From NCBI GenBank assembly GCA_964445085.1, contig CAYUJV010000001.1, positions 812-64,811 on the forward strand: a stretch of 64,000 nt of DNA. The letters are read 5' to 3'. This DNA is from an uncultured Burkholderiales bacterium. Lineage in GTDB: Bacteria > Pseudomonadota > Gammaproteobacteria > Burkholderiales > Thiobacteraceae. The position numbers and the translations under genes are program-made. How positions within the stretch are numbered: the stretch's first letter is position 1; the number at the start of each line of letters is the position of its first letter. Below the pieces are notes generated by a model. The model was given only the letters and a program-made list of their open reading frames with translations. It was not told where the DNA came from and ran no database searches. Shown here one piece after another: positions 1 to 7,061 of the stretch.

Positions 1-97
1 CCATGCGGTCGTTCTTGCAGATGGCGAGGAACTCCTCGAGGGAATATTCCTCCTCTTCCCGACGGTAGCGCGCGATGTACTGATTGAACAGGCTCAT
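1..97 (-). CDS. prkA: PrkA/YeaG-family serine protein kinase, N-terminal fragment (continues beyond left edge)
   Basis: Minus-strand reading from ATG 97..95 gives MSLFNQYIARYRREEEEYSLEEFLAICKNDRM, a typical PrkA N-terminus. AGGAG (minus, 108..104) lies 6 nt upstream. Confidence 0.6.
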   Translation of the reverse strand, partial: MSLFNQYIARYRREEEEYSLEEFLAICKNDRM

Positions 98-144
98 ATG
101 CATCTCCTCTAGACAAGGCGGCGAGCCGCCTTAACCTTACTCAA

Positions 145-159
145 GCAACGGCTGTGCCA
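145..159 (-). promoter_or_regulatory. sigma54 (-24/-12) promoter for prkA
   Basis: Minus strand reads TGGCAC-agccg-TTGC about 48 bp upstream of the prkA ATG. Confidence 0.6.
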
Positions 160-260
160 ATCTGTTCCAGGCCCGCCCGCTATCGCTGTGACAGGTCGGC
201 GCCAAATTGGTGCCGTTACTGCTACCAATATGCTTGATCGGATTTAAGCGCAAGTCCTTT

Positions 261-317
261 AGCGCAATTGTGGTGCAAATTTTTTGTAATGCGCGAGTCG
301 CGCTGCAATCTGGTGCG
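261..317. promoter_or_regulatory. two NtrC-like enhancer sites upstream of the prkA sigma54 promoter
   Basis: AGCGCAATTGTGGTGCA (261-277) and CGCTGCAATCTGGTGCG (301-317) resemble TGCACC-N5-GGTGCA. They are 40 bp apart and 100-160 bp from the -24 element. Confidence 0.3.
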
Positions 318-774
318 GATTTTGTTGCCGCTTGCGGCAAATCCCGCCGGTGGTCCGAACTTCGGCCGGGGCGGCGCGACGCCGGCGGGCATGGAAGGTG
401 GAACGAGAATCGTTGGCGACAAGCCGCCGCGGACATGCGCGTCAGCCCGGCAAAGTCCCACCGTGATCTGGGCCCTCCCCCCTTGGGCCTGGCTGAGCCA
501 TCGCGCGTGCCGTCGCCGTGGGGTTCGACTCCCTCCACCGATTTCCCGGCGGCGGCGCCGGGAAACACGCCCTCCTGCGCCACCACCAGGCAATCAGCCA
601 AGCGGGCCGCCGCTGCGGCGCGCGGTTGCCAGGGATGCCGGGGTCGGCCGCCCGTCCGGTTGCTTGTCCGCAGCCGACCTGACGCGCCATCGGCAAGCGC
701 CTCGGAAACAAGGCCCCAATTTTGCTTATCTCTCGTCGGAAGGGCGATTTGTCGCAAACACTACAGGAGCACCC

Positions 775-1008
775 ATGCCCATATACGACTTTCGCTGCGG
801 GAAATGCGACTGCCAGTTCGAGTCGCTGATTCGCGGCACCGCCTCCCCTGCCTGCCCTGAATGCGGGAGTGCGCAGGTCGAGAAGCTGGTGTCTTTACCT
901 GCGGCGCAGGGAAAGAGCCGGGAAATCATCGCCGGCGCGCGCCGCCAGGCGGCGCGTGAGGGACATTTCAGCAACTATGCGCCGTCGGAGCGTCCCCGCC
1001 GCCGGTGA
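775..1008 (+). CDS. FmdB-family zinc-ribbon putative regulatory protein
   Basis: MPIYDFRCGKCDCQFE...CPECGS has two CxxC pairs and the hallmark FmdB N-terminus. AGGAG at 765-769. This is the internal ATG of ORF 268..1008. Confidence 0.75.
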   Translation: MPIYDFRCGKCDCQFESLIRGTASPACPECGSAQVEKLVSLPAAQGKSREIIAGARRQAAREGHFSNYAPSERPRRR

Positions 1009-1191
1009 CCGGCGCCTGCCGTGGGCGCAGGGGGCCGGCGTGCCGCCCTGGTGAGGAGGCCCGAGTTGGCGGGGAGCGCTTCCATGAAGACACGTCGCTT
1101 GTCGTTTGTGTGCTGGCTCGCCGGGCTCCTGGAAGGCCGCTCGTCCGCCCGGCCGCGCCATGCGACGCCACGTGATTACGGGAGTTTGCCT

Positions 1192-1563
1192 ATGTTCAAC
1201 GCTTCGCTGCTGTCCATCATCGAGGAGGCCGGTGTCGCCGTGCTCACCCTGACCGAAGGGCTGGAAAGGGACGAATTCCTTGCCTCCCGCCTGACCCGTG
1301 CGGAAACCTTGCGTCAGGTGCAAATCATCGCCGACTGTGCGGCCACCGTCCCGGCACAAACAAAGGCCGCGCTGCCCGAGGTGGACTGGCGCGGCTGGCA
1401 GACCATCGCGCGCCAGTTGGGCGAAGCCCCGACGCAGGGGGAAGCCTTGTGGTTCGGGGTGTGCTCCCTGGTGCCCGCCACGCTGATGTGGCTTCGCCTG
1501 TACCGCAAGGACCAGCCTGCGGTCTTCCAATGCAAGCCCGTGGCGCCGGGAGCGAGCACATGA
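1192..1563 (+). CDS. hypothetical protein, weak DUF86/HepT-like resemblance
   Basis: ATG 1192 follows GGGAG; 123 aa. The segment IIADCAATVPAQTKAALPEVDWRGWQTIARQL recalls the DUF86 helix pattern, but no RxxxxH motif is visible. GC3-rich frame. Confidence 0.45.
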   Translation: MFNASLLSIIEEAGVAVLTLTEGLERDEFLASRLTRAETLRQVQIIADCAATVPAQTKAALPEVDWRGWQTIARQLGEAPTQGEALWFGVCSLVPATLMWLRLYRKDQPAVFQCKPVAPGAST

Positions 1564-1690
1564 ACCTGCAGGCCGGGCGGCGCTCGCCAAACTGGGTGTT
1601 CAAGCGCCGCCCGGTTTTCCGTTGCATGGGGCCGGGGTAGGCCCCGATGGCGGAAACCTGTCCGGCATGAAACCCGTCCAGGAGTTGCAA

Positions 1691-1978
1691 ATGCAAGCCA
1701 ACCTTGCCTTCGAAGGCGAACACGTGCACCTGGCCTCGCCGGAGGAAATCGCCGCCGGCATCAGCGCTGCCCGTGAAGTCTTCGCGCGCCACAATGTCGA
1801 CCCGCTGACCTGCGCCCAAGCCAGCCGCAAGCTGGCCGCGGACGAACCGCTGAGCCGGGACGAGGCCCTGCTCTGCGTGATCTGGGATGCCGCCGACGAT
1901 AAGGCCTTCCGGGCCGTGACCCTGGGCTGGTTGGTACGCGACGTCGACATCCGCCTCGTGGCGGGCCCAGCGACGTGA
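1691..1978 (+). CDS. hypothetical protein (95 aa)
   Basis: ATG 1691 lies 6 nt after CAGGAG (1679-1684). It is in frame with ORF 1622..1978 and has no recognisable domain. Confidence 0.45.
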   Translation: MQANLAFEGEHVHLASPEEIAAGISAAREVFARHNVDPLTCAQASRKLAADEPLSRDEALLCVIWDAADDKAFRAVTLGWLVRDVDIRLVAGPAT

Positions 1979-1980
1979 CG

Positions 1981-2142
1981 ATGGCGCAGCTGATCGCGGC
2001 ATTGCGACAGATGCCTGCCGAGGCCGTGGTGCTGATCGAAGGCGATGCCGGCTACTCCGGCGTCGGCGGGCTGGAATTCGAGGCCAACGGCAACGGCATG
2101 CCGGATGAGGTGATCCTGCAGCCGTCGATGGACGATGACTGA
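1981..2142 (+). CDS. hypothetical small protein (53 aa, below the ORF-track cutoff)
   Basis: ATG 1981 starts 3 nt after the previous stop. Translation: MAQLIAALRQMPAEAVVLIEGDAGYSGVGGLEFEANGNGMPDEVILQPSMDDD. GC3-rich. Its stop overlaps the next start (ATGACTGA). Confidence 0.4.
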   Translation: MAQLIAALRQMPAEAVVLIEGDAGYSGVGGLEFEANGNGMPDEVILQPSMDDD

Positions 2143-2401
2143 GCCGGATGCCGCGAAGCGCTGGGTGCTCGCCGAAATGAACACCCACCACTTCATGTTC
2201 CGCGGCGCGGGACACAGCCGGGAAAGCGCCAGGACCGCCTTGCTGAATGCATGGCGCGCCCATCGTACGGCACTGCTGGAGCGCTACCCGGAGCGGGCGG
2301 ATTCCATTCCGGACGAGCACCACATCGAAGCCCACTTCAAGATCTACTACCTGGACTTTGCAGAGGGTACGGGATACCGCGATGGCGAGCGTATCTTCTA
2401 G
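2135..2401 (+). CDS. hypothetical protein (88 aa)
   Basis: ORF-track ORF. The start overlaps the upstream stop by 8 nt (translational coupling). No recognisable domain. Confidence 0.5.
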   Translation: MTEPDAAKRWVLAEMNTHHFMFRGAGHSRESARTALLNAWRAHRTALLERYPERADSIPDEHHIEAHFKIYYLDFAEGTGYRDGERIF

Positions 2402-2524
2402 GGAAGCTTTGCAAAAGTACTGCGCAGCCCGTCTGCCCGCCTGCGATGCTCGCTGTACTTCCTTGTACAGGTGCGCTTCTCGGCGGCCAGCCGGGCTTGC
2501 TCGCGACCTTTTGCAGAGCTTCCC
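2401..2524. repeat. long-range inverted repeat between convergent genes (possible bidirectional terminator or MITE-like element)
   Basis: GGGAAGCTTTGCAAAAG (2401-2417) pairs with CTTTTGCAGAGCTTCCC (2508-2524) at 16/17. An inner hairpin CTGTAC-ttcctt-GTACAG sits at 2453-2470. Confidence 0.5.
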
Positions 2525-2536
2525 TAGCCGTTTGGG

Positions 2537-2836
2537 CTAGATATCCTCCTCGATGACCTCCATGGCGATCAGCTGCTCACGCAGCGCCATGTGGGCGTAG
2601 AACCCGCCCTTCGGGTCCAGCAGCGGCTCGCGCTGCAAGGCCATGATCGCCGCCGCGTCGTCCAGGTAGATGCGACACGCCTTGAGACTCTGCGTCAGCC
2701 GCGCGACGCCGGCATCGAAGTCATCCAGCGGCTCCGCGCCATGGCTTGCCCGCACCTTGCGAACGAAATCGTCGCGGTCGAATGCGAACCAGGCATGGGG
2801 CCGGCCCTGGTGGGGGATCTCGACGACGTAGATCAT
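2537..2836 (-). CDS. hypothetical protein (99 aa), third gene of a putative NifA/sigma54 operon
   Basis: ORF-track ORF with strongly GC3-biased codons. It starts 6 bp after the upstream gene. No recognisable domain. Confidence 0.6.
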   Translation of the reverse strand: MIYVVEIPHQGRPHAWFAFDRDDFVRKVRASHGAEPLDDFDAGVARLTQSLKACRIYLDDAAAIMALQREPLLDPKGGFYAHMALREQLIAMEVIEEDI

Positions 2837-2842
2837 CGGCGT

Positions 2843-3151
2843 TCAGTCGCGTGCCGCCATGGCCTTCTTCTGGACCAGACGGATGCGCTCGGCGAGGCCC
2901 TCCGGGCTCGACTCGAAGGCGGCGCGCGCTGCCTTGAGCGCGGCATTCGCCGCCAGCGCCTGTTCCCACGTCAGCGGCACACGGCCCGCCATGTGGGTGG
3001 CGTCGGGGGCGACCTTGAGGATGTTTTCCCGGTTGGGATGGTAGATGACCGGATCCAGGTCATCGGCTTCCTTCACGCCGCCCAGGTAGATGGCGTTGCC
3101 GATGACTTCCAGCTTGCGTCCATCGGCAGTGGTCTTGATCAGGACTCCCAT
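2843..3151 (-). CDS. hypothetical protein (102 aa), second gene of a putative NifA/sigma54 operon
   Basis: ORF-track ORF, 21 bp after the upstream gene. No Cys and no recognisable domain. Confidence 0.6.
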   Translation of the reverse strand: MGVLIKTTADGRKLEVIGNAIYLGGVKEADDLDPVIYHPNRENILKVAPDATHMAGRVPLTWEQALAANAALKAARAAFESSPEGLAERIRLVQKKAMAARD

Positions 3152-3172
3152 GGTATTGCCTCTCCGGCCGGA

Positions 3173-3763
3173 TCAGACCGGCCGATTCTCGCCCGGGTCG
3201 CGCACCGGGCCCATGACTTTCAGGCCTTCCTCGTAGCTCATGCTGGGAAAGCTGGCGGAAAACTTCAGCGCGGTGTCGGCAACACGGTCCACCTTGCCCG
3301 CGGTGTCGAGCTTCTTCAGGTCGTTGCGCTCCAGATACAGCAGATCGAGCAGTTCGTTGTATACCGTCGCCTCGTCGATGGGCAATACGTAGAACGTTTT
3401 TCCGTCGTAGGGGACCTGATATTTCTTGCTCAGGTCGATGTTGTTGCAGTAGAGAAAATACTTGCCGTCGGGCTTGAGAGTCGGCCCGATCGCGTCCGCC
3501 AGCGGCTTCAGGTATTCGAAGGACAGCAGGTAGGCCGCCATGAAATCGAGGCCGGCGCCGCCTTCCTCGGCCACGGCGATCACCTGATCGGCGGTGATCT
3601 CGGGGGGGCGCGCCTCATCGGCCAGCTTGGGCGCGAACTTGATGGCGATCTCGCCGCGGAAGCCAAAGCGGCCGGGCTTGCCGGTGGCGCCCTTGAACAC
3701 CGGGTTCTGCAGGCGCTGCTCGGCTTCGAGCTGTTTGAAAGGAGTCTGGTCTAGCGTGGTCAT
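3173..3763 (-). CDS. hypothetical protein (196 aa), first gene of a putative NifA/sigma54 operon
   Basis: ORF-track ORF. A sigma54-type promoter lies about 50 bp upstream. No recognisable domain. Confidence 0.65.
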   Translation of the reverse strand: MTTLDQTPFKQLEAEQRLQNPVFKGATGKPGRFGFRGEIAIKFAPKLADEARPPEITADQVIAVAEEGGAGLDFMAAYLLSFEYLKPLADAIGPTLKPDGKYFLYCNNIDLSKKYQVPYDGKTFYVLPIDEATVYNELLDLLYLERNDLKKLDTAGKVDRVADTALKFSASFPSMSYEEGLKVMGPVRDPGENRPV

Positions 3764-3813
3764 GGCTGAGCTCTTTGCAAAGGTTGAAAAGGCATTCGAT
3801 CAACCCCGCTGAT

Positions 3814-3828
3814 GCAAGAGCGATGCCA
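3814..3828 (-). promoter_or_regulatory. sigma54 (-24/-12) promoter
   Basis: Minus strand reads TGGCAT-cgctc-TTGC, the same TGGCAT variant as the nifB promoter. Confidence 0.6.
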
Positions 3829-3890
3829 GCCGCCCACGCCAAGCCTAAGCCCATGATGCGACGATGGAATCCGCTGGCTCCGGGAACGAG

Positions 3891-3916
3891 GGGCTTGTCG
3901 CGAATGCGACAAGCCC
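3891..3916. promoter_or_regulatory. perfect palindrome containing a NifA-type UAS (could also be the terminator of the 97-aa gene)
   Basis: GGGCTTGTCGC-gaat-GCGACAAGCCC. The core TGTCGCGAATGCGACA (3896-3911) fits TGT-N10-ACA and is centred about 77 bp upstream of the -24 element at 3823-3828. Confidence 0.55.
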
Positions 3917-3919
3917 GCG

Positions 3920-4213
3920 TCAGGCAAGCAGCTGCCCCTGCTCGTCAAAGCGCATCACCCGCGGATCCTCATCCGCCTCGGTGATTTCCGCCTGCTTCAG
4001 GATGCCATTGCCGTGGTATTCGTAGCGATGTTGCAGCTCCACCTCGCCGTACACGATCTTCTCGCACCGCACCATGCGACCGGTCTGGTCGAACCAGGCA
4101 CGGAAATAAGTGTTGCGATTGGCGATGTCGGCCTCCGCCAGCGGGTTCACCAGCTTCAGTGGCAGCTTCACTCCGCTGTAGCTCACGTAATAGCGGCACT
4201 CGACAGGGTCCAT
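3920..4213 (-). CDS. hypothetical protein (97 aa; recalls a DUF6156-type family from memory)
   Basis: ORF-track ORF: MDPVECRYYVSYSGVKLPLKLVNPL...VYGEVELQHRYEYHGNG. TATAAT (minus, 4248..4243) lies about 30 bp upstream. Confidence 0.6.
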   Translation of the reverse strand: MDPVECRYYVSYSGVKLPLKLVNPLAEADIANRNTYFRAWFDQTGRMVRCEKIVYGEVELQHRYEYHGNGILKQAEITEADEDPRVMRFDEQGQLLA

Positions 4214-4273
4214 GGCGGGAGTCTCCGGATGAGGTGGCAGCGATTATAGCCACGGCCACGCCACACTGAACCG

Positions 4274-4289
4274 TGTCGCAAAGCATACA
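4274..4289. promoter_or_regulatory. NifA-type UAS upstream of iscS
   Basis: TGTCGCAAAGCATACA fits TGT-N10-ACA and carries the extended TGTCGCAA half-site. It is centred about 88 bp upstream of the -24 element. Confidence 0.65.
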
Positions 4290-4367
4290 AAGCCTACACA
4301 AGGCGGCGACCCCTTCAATCGCTGTTTCCCCGCGGTTTTTCAGCACATTAGCCACGCGCCGCGCCCA

Positions 4368-4382
4368 TGGCACATGAGTTGC
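4368..4382 (+). promoter_or_regulatory. sigma54 (-24/-12) promoter of the isc-type operon
   Basis: TGGCAC-atgag-TTGC, 68 bp upstream of the iscS ATG. Confidence 0.7.
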
Positions 4383-4449
4383 TAAGGGTGATGGCGAGAG
4401 CGCGGCATGCCGGGTTGCCGCGCAAGCGATGCCAGAAGCGAGATCAAGT

Positions 4450-5661
4450 ATGCCCAAGCTGCCGATCTACCTCGATTACTCCGCCACCACGCCGGTCGAC
4501 CCGCGCGTGGCGGAGCAGATGATTCCTTATCTGACGGAAAAGTTCGGCAACCCCGCCTCGCGCTCTCATTCCTACGGCTGGGAAGCGGAGAAGGCCGTGG
4601 AGCAGGCGCGGGAGGAAGTCGCCGGCCTGGTCAACGCCGATCCCAAGGAGATCGTCTGGACTTCCGGCGCGACCGAATCGGACAACCTCGCCCTCAAGGG
4701 CGCGGCCCAGTTCTACAAGGGCAAGGGCCGGCACCTGATCACCATGAAGACGGAACACAAGGCGGTGCTGGATCCCATGCGCGAGCTGGAGCGTCAGGGT
4801 TTCGAGGTTACCTACCTCGACCCCGAGCCGAACGGCCTGCTCGACCTCGACAAATTCGCAGCCGCGATCCGCCCCGACACCGTCCTCGCCTCGGTCATGC
4901 ACGTGAACAACGAGATCGGCGTGATCCAGGACATCGAGACGATCGGCGAGCTCTGCCGCGCCAAGGGCGTGCTGTTCCACGTGGATGCCGCGCAATCCAC
5001 CGGCAAGGCGCCCATTGATCTCGCCCGCTTGAAAGTCGACCTGATGTCCTTCTCCGCCCACAAGACCTATGGCCCGAAGGGCATCGGTGCCCTGTACGTG
5101 CGGCGCAAGCCCAGAGTCCGCCTGGAAGCGCAGATGCACGGCGGCGGCCATGAGCGCGGCCTGCGCTCCGGCACCCTGCCCACGCACCAGATCGTCGGCA
5201 TGGGCGCCGCCTTCCGCATCGCCGCCGAGGAGATGGCCACCGAAAACGAGCGCATCCGCATGCTGCGCGACAAGCTGTGGGCCGGCATCAGCACTTTGGA
5301 AGAAGTGCACCTCAACGGCGACATGCAGCGCCGCGTGCCCCACAACCTGAACGCGAGCTTCAACTTCGTCGAGGGAGAATCGCTGATGATGGCAATCAAG
5401 GACCTGGCGGTGTCCAGCGGCTCCGCCTGCACCTCGGCCAGCCTGGAGCCGTCCTATGTGCTCAAGGCGTTGGGCCGTAGTGACGAGCTGGCCCACAGTT
5501 CGATCCGCTTTTCCATCGGCCGCTTCACCACCGAGGAAGAGATCGACTACGCCATTTCGCTCATCCACAAGCACGTGGGCAAGCTGCGCGAGCTGTCGCC
5601 GCTGTGGGACATGCACTGCGCCGGCATCGACCTGAACACCGTGCAGTGGGCGGCACATTGA
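4450..5661 (+). CDS. iscS: cysteine desulfurase, IscS type
   Basis: [20 protein letters not shown]...[10 protein letters not shown]...[14 protein letters not shown]...SSGSACTS is colinear with IscS. Internal ATG of ORF 4429..5661. Confidence 0.95.
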   Translation: MPKLPIYLDYSATTPVDPRVAEQMIPYLTEKFGNPASRSHSYGWEAEKAVEQAREEVAGLVNADPKEIVWTSGATESDNLALKGAAQFYKGKGRHLITMKTEHKAVLDPMRELERQGFEVTYLDPEPNGLLDLDKFAAAIRPDTVLASVMHVNNEIGVIQDIETIGELCRAKGVLFHVDAAQSTGKAPIDLARLKVDLMSFSAHKTYGPKGIGALYVRRKPRVRLEAQMHGGGHERGLRSGTLPTHQIVGMGAAFRIAAEEMATENERIRMLRDKLWAGISTLEEVHLNGDMQRRVPHNLNASFNFVEGESLMMAIKDLAVSSGSACTSASLEPSYVLKALGRSDELAHSSIRFSIGRFTTEEEIDYAISLIHKHVGKLRELSPLWDMHCAGIDLNTVQWAAH

Positions 5662-5666
5662 GGGGC

Positions 5667-5733
5667 GGGTAGCCTGTAGCGATAAAGTCGCGCGCAGCGC
5701 GGCATCAAGTGCCACCCGCTACAAGCTACCGGC
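5667..5733. repeat. palindromic REP-like element, family 1 (GTAGCTTGTAGC type), copy A
   Basis: GGTAGCCTGTAGCG ... GTCGCGCGCAGCGCG ... CGCTACAAGCTACC, in the iscS-iscU gap. Confidence 0.7.
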
Positions 5734-5758
5734 CACCGGCTCAAGATAGGAGATTGCA

Positions 5759-6193
5759 ATGTCTTACAGCGACAAGGTACTGGACCACTACGAGAACCCG
5801 CGCAATGTCGGCGGCTTCGAGGCGGACGATGCATCGGTCGGCACCGGCATGGTGGGCGCCCCGGCCTGCGGCGACGTGATGAAGCTGCAGATCAAGGTGA
5901 ACGACGCTGGCGTGATCGAGGAAGCGCGCTTCAAGACCTACGGCTGCGGCTCGGCCATCGCTTCCAGTTCGCTGGTGACGGAATGGGTCAAGGGCAAGAC
6001 GCTGGACCAGGCGCTGGCGATCAAGAACACCGACATCGCCGAAGAGCTGGCCCTGCCGCCGGTGAAGATCCACTGCTCCATCCTGGCCGAGGACGCCATC
6101 AAGGCGGCCGTGGCCGACTACCGCAACAAGCACGAAGTCGCCGACGCCGGCTACGCCGCCTGCGACCCCAGTTCAGTATCTGGCGCCGCCTAA
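5759..6193 (+). CDS. iscU: Fe-S cluster assembly scaffold IscU
   Basis: [18 protein letters not shown]...[11 protein letters not shown]...[11 protein letters not shown]...[18 protein letters not shown]. Confidence 0.95.
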   Translation: MSYSDKVLDHYENPRNVGGFEADDASVGTGMVGAPACGDVMKLQIKVNDAGVIEEARFKTYGCGSAIASSSLVTEWVKGKTLDQALAIKNTDIAEELALPPVKIHCSILAEDAIKAAVADYRNKHEVADAGYAACDPSSVSGAA

Positions 6194-6210
6194 CACAGGA
6201 GATTAGACAG

Positions 6211-6555
6211 ATGGAAGCCGACACCATGAGCCCGATCAACTTCACCGACGCCGCCGCCAACAAGGTCAGGGAAATGATCGCCGACGAAGGCAACGCCGCG
6301 CTAAAACTGCGCGTCTACGTCTCCGGCGGCGGCTGTTCCGGTTTCCAGTACGGCTTCGCCTTCGACGAAAACCGCGCCGAGGACGACACCGTGGTGGAGA
6401 AATGCGGCGTGTCGCTGCTGATCGACCCGATGAGTTTCCAGTACCTGATGGGCGCGGAGATCGACTACCAGGAGAGCCTGGACGGTGCGCGCTTCGTGAT
6501 CAAGAACCCCAACGCCACCTCCACCTGCGGCTGCGGCAGTTCGTTCTCGATGTAA
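6211..6555 (+). CDS. erpA: A-type Fe-S carrier, ErpA-like
   Basis: [39 protein letters not shown]...[11 protein letters not shown] is near-colinear with ErpA as I recall it. Alternative start at 6226. Confidence 0.85.
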   Translation: MEADTMSPINFTDAAANKVREMIADEGNAALKLRVYVSGGGCSGFQYGFAFDENRAEDDTVVEKCGVSLLIDPMSFQYLMGAEIDYQESLDGARFVIKNPNATSTCGCGSSFSM

Positions 6556-6566
6556 GGAAGCGAACC

Positions 6567-6890
6567 ATGGCCATCACACTGTCAGAACGCGCCGCCAACC
6601 GGGTCCAGAAGTTTCTTTCCCAGCGCGGCAAGGGCATCGGCCTGCGCCTGGGCGTGCGCACCAGCGGCTGCTCCGGCATGGCCTACACGCTGGAGTTCGT
6701 GGACGAGTCCGCCCCGGATGATCTCAGCTTTGAATCCCACGGCGTGACCGTGCTCATCGACCCCAAGAGCCTGCCTTTTCTCGATGGCACCGAACTGGAC
6801 TTCGTGCGCGAGGGCTTGAACGAGGGTTTCAAGTTCAACAATCCCAATGTGAAGAACACCTGCGGCTGCGGGGAAAGCTTCAACGTTTGA
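6567..6890 (+). CDS. iscA: A-type Fe-S carrier IscA
   Basis: [40 protein letters not shown]...[11 protein letters not shown]. Internal ATG of ORF 6402..6890. Confidence 0.9.
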   Translation: MAITLSERAANRVQKFLSQRGKGIGLRLGVRTSGCSGMAYTLEFVDESAPDDLSFESHGVTVLIDPKSLPFLDGTELDFVREGLNEGFKFNNPNVKNTCGCGESFNV

Positions 6891-6904
6891 GTGGAGGCCA
6901 CGGC

Positions 6905-7045
6905 ATGAACCACGACCGCAACATGATTCCTCCGGTGCTTGCAGCCGCCGCGATGACCGTCTGCCGGCAATACCTGCCCTTTGCCGTCTGCTCCGGCTTC
7001 GTGGCCCTGGTACTTCAGGTGGTGAGCGGATTGCGCTTTCACTAG
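6905..7045 (+). CDS. possible 46-aa hydrophobic peptide in the slot normally occupied by hscB
   Basis: [46 protein letters not shown]. Below the ORF-track cutoff, with no RBS evident. Confidence 0.2.
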   Translation: MNHDRNMIPPVLAAAAMTVCRQYLPFAVCSGFVALVLQVVSGLRFH

Positions 7046-7061
7046 ACAGAGCGAAGACATC

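Noticed and set aside
505-545. GGGGTTCGACTCCCTCCACCG, which resembles a tRNA/tmRNA T-arm plus acceptor end.
   Set aside because: There is no complementary 5' acceptor strand, no D or anticodon arms, and no tag-peptide frame nearby. The T-stem pairs poorly. I treat it as coincidence or at most a relic.
137-1054. Cluster of mutually overlapping ORFs (137..757 -, 207..860 +, 222..593 -, 268..1008 + and others) upstream of prkA.
   Set aside because: They have no coding-like third-position bias, Arg/Pro/Gly-rich translations and all overlap one another. Only the last 78 codons of the 268..1008 frame (the FmdB-like gene, with its own RBS) look real.
1192-1978. HepT-MNT toxin-antitoxin pair.
   Set aside because: The DUF86-like ORF lacks the RxxxxH motif, and the neighbouring ORF has no nucleotidyltransferase GSxxxG/DxD signature.
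3891-3916. Calling the GGGCTTGTCGC-gaat-GCGACAAGCCC palindrome simply a rho-independent terminator of the 97-aa gene.
   Set aside because: No T-run follows on the transcribed strand. Its core is a perfect TGT-N10-ACA with the TGTCGC half-site, at the right distance from a -24/-12 element. A dual role is not excluded.
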